Positions 24,040-35,829 of a stretch of DNA of 64,000 nucleotides are shown in pieces. The notes under the pieces were generated by a model. It searched no databases. It was not told where the DNA came from and saw nothing but the letters and a program-made list of their open reading frames with translations. Every line of letters starts with the position of its first letter. Position 1 is the first letter of the stretch. This DNA is from Octopus bimaculoides (taxonomy: Eukaryota): the NCBI RefSeq assembly GCF_001194135.2, contig NC_069004.1, positions 27,706,790-27,770,789 of the forward strand, read 5' to 3'. The translations under genes and the position numbers were made by a program.

Positions 24040-24340
24040 TATTTTGACTTGTTTAGTCATTGGACTGTGGTGCTGGGGCACTCCATTGAGCAAATTGACC
24101 CCAATCTCTATTTGATTTTAAAGCCCAGTTCTTATTCTATCAGCCTCTCTCTTGCTGAACTACATAAACAAACCAACACCTGGTAGGGCAGACAAACACA
24201 AAAATACATGCACAGACATATACACATATACACAATGGACTTTCATGCAGTTTCTAATTATCAAATTCACTCCCAAGGCATTGGTCAGTTCAGAGCCAGA
24301 GTGCCATAAAATGGAAGTGAATTCAATACTACATTGTTAC
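24040..24340 (-). mobile_element. SINE family A, degenerate
   Basis: TTGACTTGTTTAGTCATTGGACTGTGG...ACAAACCAACACC...AAATTCACTCCCAAGGCATTGG. Confidence 0.6.
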
Positions 24341-24944
24341 AAAGCGAGCTTCTTAGCCTCACAGTCAAATGCACATCTTTGTTTGTGTGTTTTTTAACTA
24401 AATAAAACTCTAGGGATACATGAATTAATTTTTTTATTAAATTCCACACACGTTCAAAACGTGTATAGATGCTAACAAAAGATATTGTATGGTAGTCTTT
24501 TGACCTGCTAGAAATAACAGCCAAATCCCTTTTGAATTATATTCTAAGGTTTTCGAAGAATGAAACGTAACATAAGATAATGTAGTCTTAGATACCCTTA
24601 AAAAGAAGGAATAGTCACGAGTGCTATAGTTTTGGTCATACATCCATTCAATCAAAATTGACCTGGTGCTAAAAAAAACAAAAACAAAAAAAAACATGTA
24701 AATACTTTATTGAATGATGTCATTTATTTTCTTTATAAAACCTTGGGAATGGCAATCGTAATTGAAAATCATGTAAATCATCGAAATGGACAACTCTGCA
24801 TAGTACTAAACTTCCCACCCTCAATTAAGATTAGTTACTGCATACCTTGGGTAGCAAAGGACTAAAATTCTTTAGCATTCACCCTAAAACACAACAGATC
24901 TCTGCACAGAGTGGATATCAACAAATTCAAACTAACTTATTTGT

Positions 24945-25290
24945 CATTAGGTTGCAGCCATGCTGTGGCCCTGCCTTGAAGGGTTTGGGACCCCGGGATT
25001 TTTTTTTTTAAACCTGATACTTACTTTAGTGGCTTCTTATGCTGAACTCCTTAAGTTATAGAGACGTAAGCAAAACTAGCACTGGTTGCCTAGTAGTTAT
25101 GGGCAACAAATATAAACACAGACATGCACTCACATACATATAACAGAGCTGTCTACCAAATGTACTCACAAGCGCTTGGTCAGCCTGGGACTATAATAAA
25201 AGACACTTACCCAAGGTGCCATGGAGTGGGACTGAACTCAGAACCACGTGCTTGGGAAGCAAACACTTTAGCACACAATCACACATATGC
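24945..25290 (-). mobile_element. SINE family A, degenerate
   Basis: GCAGCCATGCTG...AAGACACTTACCCAAGGTGCCATGGAGTGGGACTGAACTC. Confidence 0.7.
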
Positions 25291-26129
25291 TTTTAAGCGT
25301 TGTACTTATGAAATATTGCAAATGAACCAGCAACACAGCTAACAACTTGTTTGGAATAGCAGTGAATGATGGTTGAACTTCAGCAGAGCCACAACTAACT
25401 GGCTGGAACCAGTAAAAGACTTATAATGTCTTTAAAATCTGATCAAGAAACTTCAATCATAAAGTGCAATTATGGATAATGGTAATTTGATATTTCAGAT
25501 CTCCACTGACATCAAAGATTTCTTTAAATAATTGCAAAAGAGAACCATTCATTTGAAAATAATCCATCTTTAAATTATTATGGATGACTACATATGTAGC
25601 ACATATCAACTCATTTAAACATAACCGGATACCTTGTTTATATACTGACATTATACTAAATTGTTTAGAAAGAAAGCATGACATATAATTAATTGAGTAA
25701 AATTAGTATGCATTATATGATATAAAGCATTTCCCTTCAACATAACAGATTTACAAAGACACACATATATACATACTTGCATACAAACACATGAGAGAGT
25801 TCATACCTATCTTATTCCAATTTACTTTACTTCACGCATGCTTTGGTTGTAGCTCACATATTAAACAAGGAAGTAACCATCAGGGACTTTGAACTCTTAT
25901 CTATATTTGACTTGTATGACTTTACAATGTTTTTCAATAGACACAATTCACTAAACACTTCCTACACTGTGCTGCAATGTTTGTTTATCCTGATGTGAGA
26001 TTCGGTTTCCATTTCTAAACTCCTAACACTCAAGTATCATTCTCTCATCATTCCTTATAGTAAAAGACTGTATAATTGTGTGTATGTATGTCTATGTCTT
26101 TTTGAACTGGCCTTACTAATACAATAAGA

Positions 26130-26370
26130 CCTTCATCATCATCACCATATATGCACTTTACCATACTTGCATGGGTCAGACGGAATTTGTTGAGGCAGAT
26201 TCTCTACAGCTGCATACCTTTCCTGTTTCCAACTCTCGTCTGTTTCCGAGTAAGGTGATGCTCTCCACGACCAGACATATTTTTATGGACGGTTGGAAAT
26301 GAAGGACACTGTTTGTGTGGCAGTGTCAATCATTTATCACTCATGAAGTCAACACAAGGAGACAGTAATA
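26130..26370 (-). mobile_element. SINE family D tail
   Basis: (CAT)n then CCATACTTGCATGGGTCAGACGGAATTTGTTGAGGCAGATTCTCTACAGC. Confidence 0.75.
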
Positions 26371-26539
26371 CATAATGTAATACTCATTTACACACACACA
26401 TAGGAAGTTGTAGAAACCATGCCAAAACAGACAATTGGAACCTAGTGAAGCTCTCTGGTTTGCCAGCCCCTATCAGACCGTCCGACTCATGCTAGTATGG
26501 AAAACAGATGTTAGATAATGAAGATGATATGATAGGCTT

Positions 26540-26750
26540 CTTTCAGTTTCCTTCTGTCAAATCCATTTGCAAGGCTTTGGTTGGACCAGAGCTATAGTGG
26601 AAGATGCCCAAGGTGCCATGCAGTGGGACAGAATCTGAGGTCTTTTGGTTGGGAAACAAACTTCTTATTTCTTTATTGCCCAGAAGGGGTTAAACATAGA
26701 GGGGACAAACAAGGACAGAAGCAAACTTCTTATCACACAGTCACTCCCAT
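26540..26750 (-). mobile_element. SINE family A core+head containing a 53-bp family B tail insertion (26669-26721)
   Basis: The insert TTCTTTATTGCCCAGAAGGGGTTAAACATAGAGGGGACAAACAAGGACAGAAG matches the 3' end of the young family B copy at 20312. It is flanked by a 12-bp TSD, CAAACTTCTTAT, at 26657-26668 and 26722-26733. Confidence 0.85.
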
Positions 26751-27449
26751 GTCTCAGATATATTGTGGAATTAAAAATAAGACCTCTCTCAATTCCAGTA
26801 TTAATTCATTATTACAGGAGTGAGTAACCGTTTCCAATGCACGCTGAAAGAAATCTTTAGGCCTGACATGAATTCCTTCAAAGAGCTGGAAATAATATAT
26901 AGGCTTTACTCTGAAGAATATTTAATCCTCTGTTTAAAATGAAAATGAAAATAGTTCTTGCATATATTGCACTGGTTTTCTGCACAAAGAAAAGTAGGTA
27001 TTCAAATGAGTTCTTTTTAAAAAAAAAAAAAAATATGCTTACTTTCAAGTTGGTGTGTATGAGTGCAGTATATTGTGCGAGGCAATGTTTATGTGGTGTG
27101 TGTGAATATGTGATGTGTGAGATTTTATTTATTTCACCTATATTTTCAAGATACAAGCATAAAAAGGAAATTTAAGAAGGAAATGCAGAAATGTGGAAAA
27201 ATAAAAAATGAGGAGGGGAAAAAAGAAAGACAAAAAAAAAAATTAATAAAAAAAATAAATAACTCTTTGATTTGTAGGATTGATTTTTTAACATGTTTAT
27301 TCTCTCTAAATTCTGGTCTGTGCATGCAAGTGTGTTTGTAAGTTATGTAGAATTCCTCGAGTTGAAATATGGACGGATAATAGTTGTTCTGCTAACTTAG
27401 AACTGTGTACTCAATCTTTTTGTTTGTAATAGTCACATAAAGCTAACAC

Positions 27450-27515
<66 letters not shown>

Positions 27516-27904
27516 ACACTTTCACTCTCATGTGTGTTTTTGTGTGAGGTAAGATTATGCATAATTCTTTTATATTAAGTTTTAGAAGTTTACTCTTACC
27601 TGCTATTCCTTCACTCCATAGACCTTTCTTACAGCACAAAATAATTTATAATTTATATGCATATGTCATATTACTGTATGTATATGATTTATGTATGTAT
27701 GTATGTATGTATGTATGTATGTATGCACGCACACAAATACTATTATAAGTCATGTTTATTAATTATGAATTATTTTATAATAATTAATTATATATATATA
27801 TATGGATGTAATAAGGCATATATGCATATAAATTATGAATTATTTGGGGCTGCACCATTGATTAATGAAATGAAGATATAGATTGTGTGTGTGTGTGTGT
27901 GTAT

Positions 27905-28025
27905 TGCTTAGTGGCATTTCATCAGTCTTTACAGTCTGAGTTCAAATTCCTCCAAGGTCGACTTTTGGGGTCAATAATTTAAATCAGTTCAGCACTGAGA
28001 TCAATATAATCAACTTAAGAGACTC
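27905..28025 (+). mobile_element. SINE family B fragment
   Basis: TGCTTAGTGGCATTTC...CTGAGTTCAAATTCCTCCAAGGTCGACTTTTGGGGTC. Confidence 0.65.
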
Positions 28026-28059
28026 CCTCCACCTGAGAGTAAAATACGAATCAAAGAGG

Positions 28060-28089
28060 TCCATAAGCAAAAAAGACTGAGAACCACTG
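28060..28089. mobile_element. Possible lone hAT (Charlie-like) terminal repeat
   Basis: AAAAAAGACTGAGAACCACTG resembles the reverse complement of CAGTGGTTCTCAA. No partner TIR found. Confidence 0.35.
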
Positions 28090-28839
28090 CTTTAATGCAA
28101 TAAAAACTTATTTTCCTGAATATTTACTGCTGAAATCAGGATGCTTCTAAGTTGCCCAGGCATCTTTTATGCCATCAAATATGGTAGTATTTATTTTTCT
28201 GTTTTGTATAAGCACCAATAAATTTGATAAAATTTAAATTATAATTATTGTATGTCTGCCATATGTCCTCATATTATCCATCCTGGTAAATGTATACTTC
28301 CAAAGTTACCTGTCATGTGACAGGTGACACTCTAGTTTGATCATGTCTACTTGACATTCTGATTTCAAATCACTTTAACTTTGCTTTCTGTCCCTTTTCA
28401 TTTTGTAGTTGTTAATTAACACCAAGACAATCATAGTGTTATCAAAGAGATTCTGTCTTTTTGTGTCTCTAAGAACTACAATATCAAATGTGTCCTTAAT
28501 TTAAAAAATTTCTTTTTTTTTTTAGAAATTAGGGTGTAATTTGATGGAGGTGTAGCTGTTACTTCTAGAGGGTCAAGTGACAAAGTAGAAGTTCCAGGTA
28601 AAATATGTAACAGGTACTTGGGTTCATTAAAACCAACAAAGCATACTATCCCATAAAGTGTGTAACCTTATACTGATGGGAAAACTCAGTACTTAATATT
28701 GTTTTACTTACCTGATGGGAGTGGAAAAGAATATGTTTTGTGAGATTTAATTTTTCTTAACAATAGAACAATTAGTAGTTATTCATTGGTTTTAGTTATT
28801 TCTTTTGGCTATTTTTCGTCCGTGTGTATGTGTATTTAT

Positions 28840-29040
28840 AAACACTCCTGCAACCTCCCCAACTGCATGTTTTATATGGTTCAGATATACAGGAAACAAA
28901 AGACAGACAGGTGAGGGAAAAACAAACAAGGTATATTAGTTTGACTTGCAGTAAAGGTGGAAAAGTCTTTGAGGTTTCAAGCCTATGCTCTTCGAAAGAA
29001 AGGGATGAGAGGAAAAACAACGGAGAGAGAAAAAGAAAGA
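28840..29040 (-). mobile_element. Penelope-like pseudo-LTR remnant with a degenerate hammerhead motif (28967-29002)
   Basis: Minus strand CTTT-CTTTCGA-A-GAGC(ATAG)GCTT-GAAA-CCTC-AAAG: 4-bp stem I and 4-bp stem II are preserved, while the core is mutated. Confidence 0.5.
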
Positions 29041-29452
29041 AGTGTCTGTATTAATGGTTCCACTACACACACACACACANNNNNNNNNNNNNNNNNNNNN
29101 NNNNNNNNNNNNNNNNNNNNNNNNNNNNNNNNNNNNNNNNNNNNNNNNNNNNNNNNNNNNNNNNNNNNNNNNNNNNNNNNNNNNNNNNNNNNNNNNNNNN
29201 NNNNNNNNNNNNNNNNNNNNNNNNNNNNNNNNNNNNNNNNNNNNNNNNNNNNNNNNNNNNNNNNNNNNNNNNNNNNNNNNNNNNNNNNNNNNNNNNNNNN
29301 NNNNNNNNNNNNNNNNNNNNNNNNNNNNNNNNNNNNNNNNNNNNNNNNNNNNNNNNNNNNNNNNNNNNNNNNNNNNNNNNNNNNNNNNNNNNNNNNNNNN
29401 NNNNNNNNNNNNNNNNNNNNNNNNNNNNNNNNNNNNNNNNNNNNNNNNNNNN

Positions 29453-29670
29453 CCTCCTCCCTTCGGGGTTCATAATCATGCCAGCTGCATGGCAACCTCA
29501 TGAGTGCTGGTGACATGAAAAAAAAAAAAAGCACCTAGTACAAGCTGTAAAACGGTTGCTGTTAGGAAGGCCATCCACCTGTAGAGACCATGCAGAGCAC
29601 AATGCAATCATTGGGTGTATCGGATCCTGCCAAACCATCCAACCCTTGCCAGAAGGGACCAGAGCATTAA
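29453..29670 (+). mobile_element. RTE-type 3' UTR/tail fragment
   Basis: GCAACCTCATGAGTGCTGGTG...GTTAGGAAGGCCATCCACCTGTAGAGACC...CATCCAACCC; same family as 13496-14050 in the opposite orientation. Confidence 0.7.
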
Positions 29671-29687
29671 ATCATGAACCTCCCCAC

Positions 29688-29731
<44 letters not shown>

Positions 29732-30346
29732 TTTGTGCGCCTATAATGATGAGGTTCATGTATCTAAATAAGTTCACATTGCCATGAGAGAAGAGCCAAC
29801 TCTGGAGATATCAGGCCCTTCTTCTATCCATGGTACCTCAACTTATCAATGACTAACAGTCTAATTTTTGCTGGTTCAAAACATCACCAGTTTCTTGAAA
29901 AATCCTGTCTTCCCTCCCGCTCTCACACACACACAAACAACACATACACCTACACTTAGTTATTAAGGTGATAGCTTTTAAGAGACTACGCAATGCATTT
30001 TCCTCTCTTCAAGAATCTGTTGGAGAACAAAGATAGTTCCCCCCATACACCTTTTTTTTTTGTTAAAGGAGAACTTATAACTAAACTGTTATAGGCTAAA
30101 GATACTGTTAAATCTAAAGATACTGTTAAGTCTGAAGATTAAAAATTTCAGTTCAGGAGAGGTAAATATATATCTAATTTATGAATGGAAAGATTGCACA
30201 TTTAGAGTGGTGTAATTAAGAATGTATTTATCAAGAAAACTAAAGGTACATGGTTTGAGGCCTTATTGGCTTATAGTTATTTTTTTTTTAATCACCAAAC
30301 TGAATTTAAAATGGTTGCAATGTTTATATATATTTGAATATGTGTG

Positions 30347-30393
<47 letters not shown>

Positions 30394-31484
30394 NNNNNNN
30401 NNNNNNNNNNNNNNNNNNNNNNNNNNNNNNNNNNNNNNNNNNNNNNNNNNNNNNNNNNNNNNNNNNNNNNNNNNNNNNNNNNNNNNNNNNNNNNNNNNNN
30501 NNNNNNNNNNNNNNNNNNNNNNNNNNNNNNNNNNNNNNNNNNNNNNNNNNNNNNNNNNNNNNNNNNNNNNNNNNNNNNNNNNNNNNNNNNNNNNNNNNNN
30601 NNNNNNNNNNNNNNNNNNNNNNNNNNNNNNNNNNNNNNNNNNNNNNNNNNNNNNNNNNNNNNNNNNNNNNNNNNNNNNNNNNNNNNNNNNNNNNNNNNNN
30701 NNNNNNNNNNNNNNNNNNNNNNNNNNNNNNNNNNNNNNNNNNNNNNNNNTATATATATATATGTATATATATATATGTATATATATATATGTATATATAT
30801 ATATATAAACTAAAAATATGTTCCTATAAACCCAGTTGTCATATTCTCATTTATTTGTCAGCTGAAGTCATTCAGCAATGTTTAAAGATAAATCACCTGA
30901 AATCTATCTTGGCTTTCTTAGTATTTCAAGATCTGATCTTGCATTGTGACTTGTGACATTCACTTATTTCGCCATTGATCAGTTCTTTGATACTATTACT
31001 CCAAGCTGTCTATTATCCATCATTGTCACTAGAACAGCCGACTTTCACTTGTTGAGAAAGCTCTGGGAGGCAAAATGTGTTATCTGAAATATGAACGATT
31101 TTTCATCTGATGTTGCCAGGCCCTGCTGATGGAGTCTCCATACATCAAAGATGCTATTCAATCAGAGAACCTCAGCATCTTTCTGTCTCTCTCTCATCTA
31201 CTCTTTCCTTCTGTTTTTACTCTTTCTCTCTCCCTCTCTCTTTCTCCCCCTCTTTCTCTCTCTCTCTCTCTCTCTGTCTCCCTCCCTCCTTCTCCATCTC
31301 TTATTTTTATTTATGCCTCTGGCCTTTCAAAGGTTTTTACAAAGGAATATATTCTAATACTGCACTGACCTTAACAGTGTGCATGTATATGTTTTCTTTT
31401 AAGTTCATATGCATGTGTACGTGGGTTGTGTATGTATGTGTGTGTACACATATTTTAAAGAATTTTCACCCCACCCCAGCTACC

Positions 31485-31535
<51 letters not shown>

Positions 31536-31711
31536 TCATAACTGATATGCCACATAGATTTTTATGGAAACAGAGTGACTATTTTTGAATATTCTTCTCT
31601 TTACTTCTGTCTTTTAATCTCTGCATTTATTTCTTTATATACAGATCTGAATACATATATGCAACAACAAGTCGGCTTTTGAAGAAATGAGGGTTGGCTA
31701 GCTGGTTGTTG

Positions 31712-31747
<36 letters not shown>

Positions 31748-32140
31748 GGCAGCAAGCTGACAGAATCGTTAGAGCATCAGGGAAGTGCCTTGTGGTATTT
31801 TTTTCAGTTTTTACATTCCGAGTTTAAATTCTGCTACGGTCAACTTTGCATTTCATCTCTGCAGAAGTACATAATGTTGACTATCCCATATCTCTAAGAT
31901 TTCTGACATCGTGCCAAAATATGAAACCATTATTATTTTTATTATTATTTTTATTATTATGGCAGCAAGCTGACAGAATCGTTAGAGCATCAGGGAAGTG
32001 CCTTGTGGTATTTTTTTCAGTTTTTACATTCCGAGTTTAAATTCTGCTACGGTCAACTTTGCATTTCATCTCTGCAGAAGTACATAATGTTGACTATCCC
32101 ATATCTCTAAGATTTCTGGCCTTGTACCAAAATATGAAAC
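31748..32140 (+). repeat. Tandem duplication (213-bp period) of a diverged family B SINE
   Basis: Units start at 31748 and 31961. They are identical through GATTTCTG, then differ at 4 of 11 bases (GACATCGTGCC vs GGCCTTGTACC). Confidence 0.92.
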
Positions 32141-32151
32141 CATTATTATTA

Positions 32152-32196
<45 letters not shown>

Positions 32197-32201
<5 letters not shown>

Positions 32202-32562
32202 TCCTCCTTAGCGAAGGCAGAGGTATTGTTTCCAGTCATGTTTGTTTGTTTGTCTATGGACAAGATATCTCAAGAACCACTGGATGGATTTGGATGAAAC
32301 TTTCAGGGATGTTTGGCCTTGTGACTGGCATGAACTGATTAGATTTTGGGGTTGTTCCAGTACCAGACAAAGATTCTGGACTATTTTTCTGATTTTTTAA
32401 ATTTAATTTTTGAGAGAGGTTGGGTGCCTTTTTAGTATTCTCGTTTGTGAGAGCAGTCGAGTTTCTTTCAGATATTCTCATTTTAAAAATCTTCTCCGGC
32501 TAATTGTTGAGATGACGTTGGTGTTGCCTTGGCAGGGGTTTGCACTCTCTGAGTGCTTTTGT
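32197..32562 (+). mobile_element. Non-autonomous Helentron (HINE/DINE-1-like)
   Basis: 5' TTACCTCCTCCTTAGCGAAGGCAGAGGT (subterminal inverted repeat in a palindrome), a (GTTT)n tract, a 3' partner CCTTGGCAGGGGT, a terminal hairpin GCACTC-TCT-GAGTGC and a T-rich end. It sits in a (TTA)n tract with no TSD. Confidence 0.82.
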
Positions 32563-33520
32563 TATTATTATTTTATACTTTTAATCTGCATGCTTGTTAC
32601 AACCACTTACTGAGACACACCCAGCATCCTGGGGTGAGTGAAGGATGTTACAGTATGACTGAAAGCTTGGGGAGGGGGAGTGGTAGGAGCAGTAGTGAAA
32701 TATCTATGCGATATAACACGGACAATTAAATGGATAGGGTTTTTCTAAGGAGGTGGGCAGTACTTGTCAGCACAGTCCTTTGGATTTCTTTGAGACATGC
32801 ATGGTTCTCCTGAGATCTTATCTAGATGTTTCTGACATCCCTTTTTTTATCATACTTAGGGCACCTACAAAAACAGGAACAATTCTCGTTTTAAGATGCC
32901 ACATCTTCTGTATTTGAATTTCCAGGTCCTTATATTTACTTGATTTGTCAAATTCCTTTACAGATATATTTTTATCAGTGGGCACACTTACATCTATTAG
33001 TCTATAACTATTTTCTTCCCTGCGTTTAATAATTATATCTGTCAGTTCTGCCAGTGTTGACTGGAAAATCCCAGCTGATAGTGACATTTTTATCTTCAAC
33101 TACTGGCTCAGGATGATGTTCATACCGGTAAGCAGGAGTGCTAATTTTGTAGTGTTTACATATTTTCCAATGTAAATGCTATCCTACTCTCTTGTGACAA
33201 TTTTTTTTTATTTGTTTGGTGTCAAACCAGGGCATCCCAAGATGAGACGGTCTATTGTTTCATCAAATGTGTCGCAGAATCTGCATTTAGGATCAGAACC
33301 ATTTTGAAGAACGTTAGCCTGGTTGTGTTTTGTAAGCAAGCTTTGATCTTGTGCCGCCAATATGAAACCTTTAGTCTCTGCTTTCAGTCCTGATCTTCTT
33401 GGCCACCAATGGTTTGTTGCTTGGTCTACATCAGCATTTTGATTTCGAAGTATATACTGTCTATGCAGAGGCTTCTTAATTTATTTCTGCCCATTCTTTT
33501 TTGGAGTCTGCTTGATCTGT
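32563..33520 (-). mobile_element. R4/Dong-clade non-LTR retrotransposon, 3' about 1 kb (CCHC finger and restriction-like endonuclease), decayed
   Basis: Minus strand KPLHRQY...SGLKAETKGFILAAQDQSL...KCRFC..FDETIDRLILGC...LHWKIC...WDF...DIIIK...LIDVSVPTDKNISVKEFDKSSKYKDLEIQIQKMW..VPVFVGAL...EIQRTVLTSTAHLLRKTLSI*, then a 3' UTR and an (AAT)n tail. Confidence 0.9.
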
Positions 33521-33523
33521 TCT

Positions 33524-33933
33524 GGGCAAAATGCTTAGTGGCATTTCGTCTTTCTTTATATTTTGAGGTCGACTTTACCTTTCATCCTTTCAGTGTCGAT
33601 AAAATACCAGTTGTGTGTTGGGATCAATGTAATCGACAATCCCATCCCCCAAATTTCAGGCCTTGGGCCTTTAGTAGAAAGTATGATTATTATTATTATT
33701 TTCATTATTATTATTATGAAAGGCAGTGAGCTGGCAGAGTGGTTACCACACCAGGCAAAATACTTAGCAACATTTCATCCCTCTATACGTTCTGATTTCA
33801 AATTCCACTGAGGTCAACTTTACCTTTCATCCTTTCGGGGGGTCAATAAAATAAGTACTAGTTGTGTTCTGGGGTCGATGTAATTGACAGTCCCCTACCC
33901 CAACTTTCAGACCTTGTGAATATAGTAGAAAGG

Positions 33934-33977
<44 letters not shown>

Positions 33978-34400
33978 GAAGGTGCCAACAGAATCTTTAG
34001 CTCATTGGACAAAATGTTTAGTACCTTTTGAGATCAAATTCCAACAAGTTTGACTTAACATTTCATCCTTTTGAAGTCAATAAGTTATCTGCCAATTGGA
34101 CACTGGGGTCAATGAAATTGACCCCCCCCCCCACACATATTTCAGGCCTTGTGCCATTAGTAGAAAGTACTATTATTATTATTATTAGGGTGGGGGGTTG
34201 ACAGAATTGCTAGAGTGTCAGACAAAAAATACTTTATAGTATTTATCCCAGCTCTTTACATTCTAAGTTCAAATGCTACTGAATCCCACTGTGGTCAACT
34301 TTGCCTTTCATTCCTCCAGATATGGTAAAGTAATGGATCAGTCAAGGACTTCGGTTTCCCCCTCCCCTCAAAATTGTTCACCTTGTGCCTAAAGCAGAAA
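33524..34400 (+). mobile_element. Head-to-tail cluster of four family B SINEs joined by (ATT)n tracts
   Basis: Copies at about 33524-33690, 33718-33935, 33978-34170 and 34185-34400. Each shares GGTCAACTTTxCCTTTCATCC, and the first three end GAAAG-ATTATT(ATT)n. Confidence 0.85.
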
Positions 34401-34465
34401 CCAGTAGCAATCACAGCAGCAGGTAGATTTTGTTATTGCCGTGACTTAAATATCTCAGACTTTAA

Positions 34466-34684
34466 CCCCTTAGCATTTACACTGGCCACATCCAGCCCGA
34501 GTATTCCACATATTTTATATCCAACTGGCAAGATCTAGACTCTCACACCTACACTACAATGTTATTCTACAAATAAACAGACACATCATTAAAAATCTCA
34601 GAGCTATGAGATAATGCATGATAATTCAAGACAAGGTGAATAAATAAGCATTACATTTAACAGAATAATCTGAATGCTAGAGGG
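34466..34684 (-). mobile_element. piggyBac-type MITE, inverted relative to 15773-15992
   Basis: CCCCTTAGCATT...AATGCTAGAGGG flanked by TTAA at 34462-34465 and 34685-34688. The body is the reverse complement of the first copy. Confidence 0.85.
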
Positions 34685-35829
34685 TTAAAGATATCTCTCT
34701 CTCTCTCTCTCTCTCAGTGCTAAATACAGTAGCTTTTCATTCCCCAAAGATAGTCTGACTTTGATGCGCTTCCATTCATATTTATTCCCATGAAACTCTA
34801 AAATTCCTCCAGTTTTCTTTCTGTTCTGTACCCATCTTGCACATGCCCCTACACTCACTAACCCCAAACATTTACTGCACTGAGATGCCCACCACCACGA
34901 AACATAAACAGCTACTGTTCCCTCTGGGACACAGCAATGAATAGAATAGAATAGAAAAGAAAAACAAGCAACAAGCTAACATCTTGACCTCAATTTGTAT
35001 TCAGTATTTCTCATTTTATCGAAGAATATTCTTATTTTTGTTGTTGTTTTTGTTTTGCATTATTATATATGGTTTCTTTGAACCGAGAAAACATTCAAAT
35101 ATCTTTTCACTTATTAGTTTTCAAGCATTGCCATTGTTTTGTTTTGTTTATCATTACGGTGTACATCATCACAACCATCATCATCCTCGTCATCATCAGT
35201 GTCTTCTTTGGTGACCACCCATCCCTCTACCACTGGCACGGGTCAATTTGCCATTCTATATATCTCCTCACTCAACCTGTGAAAACTTTAAGTGCTACAA
35301 GTTTTAATTTAGCAATCAGTCATTTCATTTTAGTCTGCTATTGTCTATCACATCCTGTATGTCCATCTGTCAACATTTTCTTGCAGTGTTGCTTGTTCTT
35401 TTTTCTATAGCTGTCTTTCTCCTTTCTAGCTAAGGTCTTTGACACCTTGTCACTTTATCAAACTCACTTGACTCCAGCTTATTAGAAGAGTATATGAGTT
35501 TGTTTGTTTGTCTGTCTGTTTATGTATGTACAATGCATTTGTGAACAACAGTGCATACATGACAGAGTGGTTAAGTTCAATTTGTAACTGTAGTTTTGGC
35601 CTTAGTTCTAATGCACAGCAGTTGGGCAAGTGTCATCTACCATTATGGTCCCAAGTTTACCAATGCTTTCCGAGTGATTTTGACTGGTAGAAACTGTGAG
35701 TGACCTATCTCTTATGATATATATATATATATATATATAGACACGTCAGGCTAAATAAAAAGTGTGGTTGCCTTTGCATACACCCTCATCCTCTGCAACC
35801 CTCTCCAGCTGAGCATCCCTAATCTTGCA

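Noticed and set aside
28521-28600. Exon-like block ending TTCCAG|GTAAAA
   Set aside because: All frames from the good acceptors are stopped, and the only open 42-nt version lacks a pyrimidine tract.
28957-30956. Long ORFs of 138-244 aa (also 43281-43905 and 13328-13617)
   Set aside because: They consist mostly of N-gap X residues and (TA)n/(CA)n translations.
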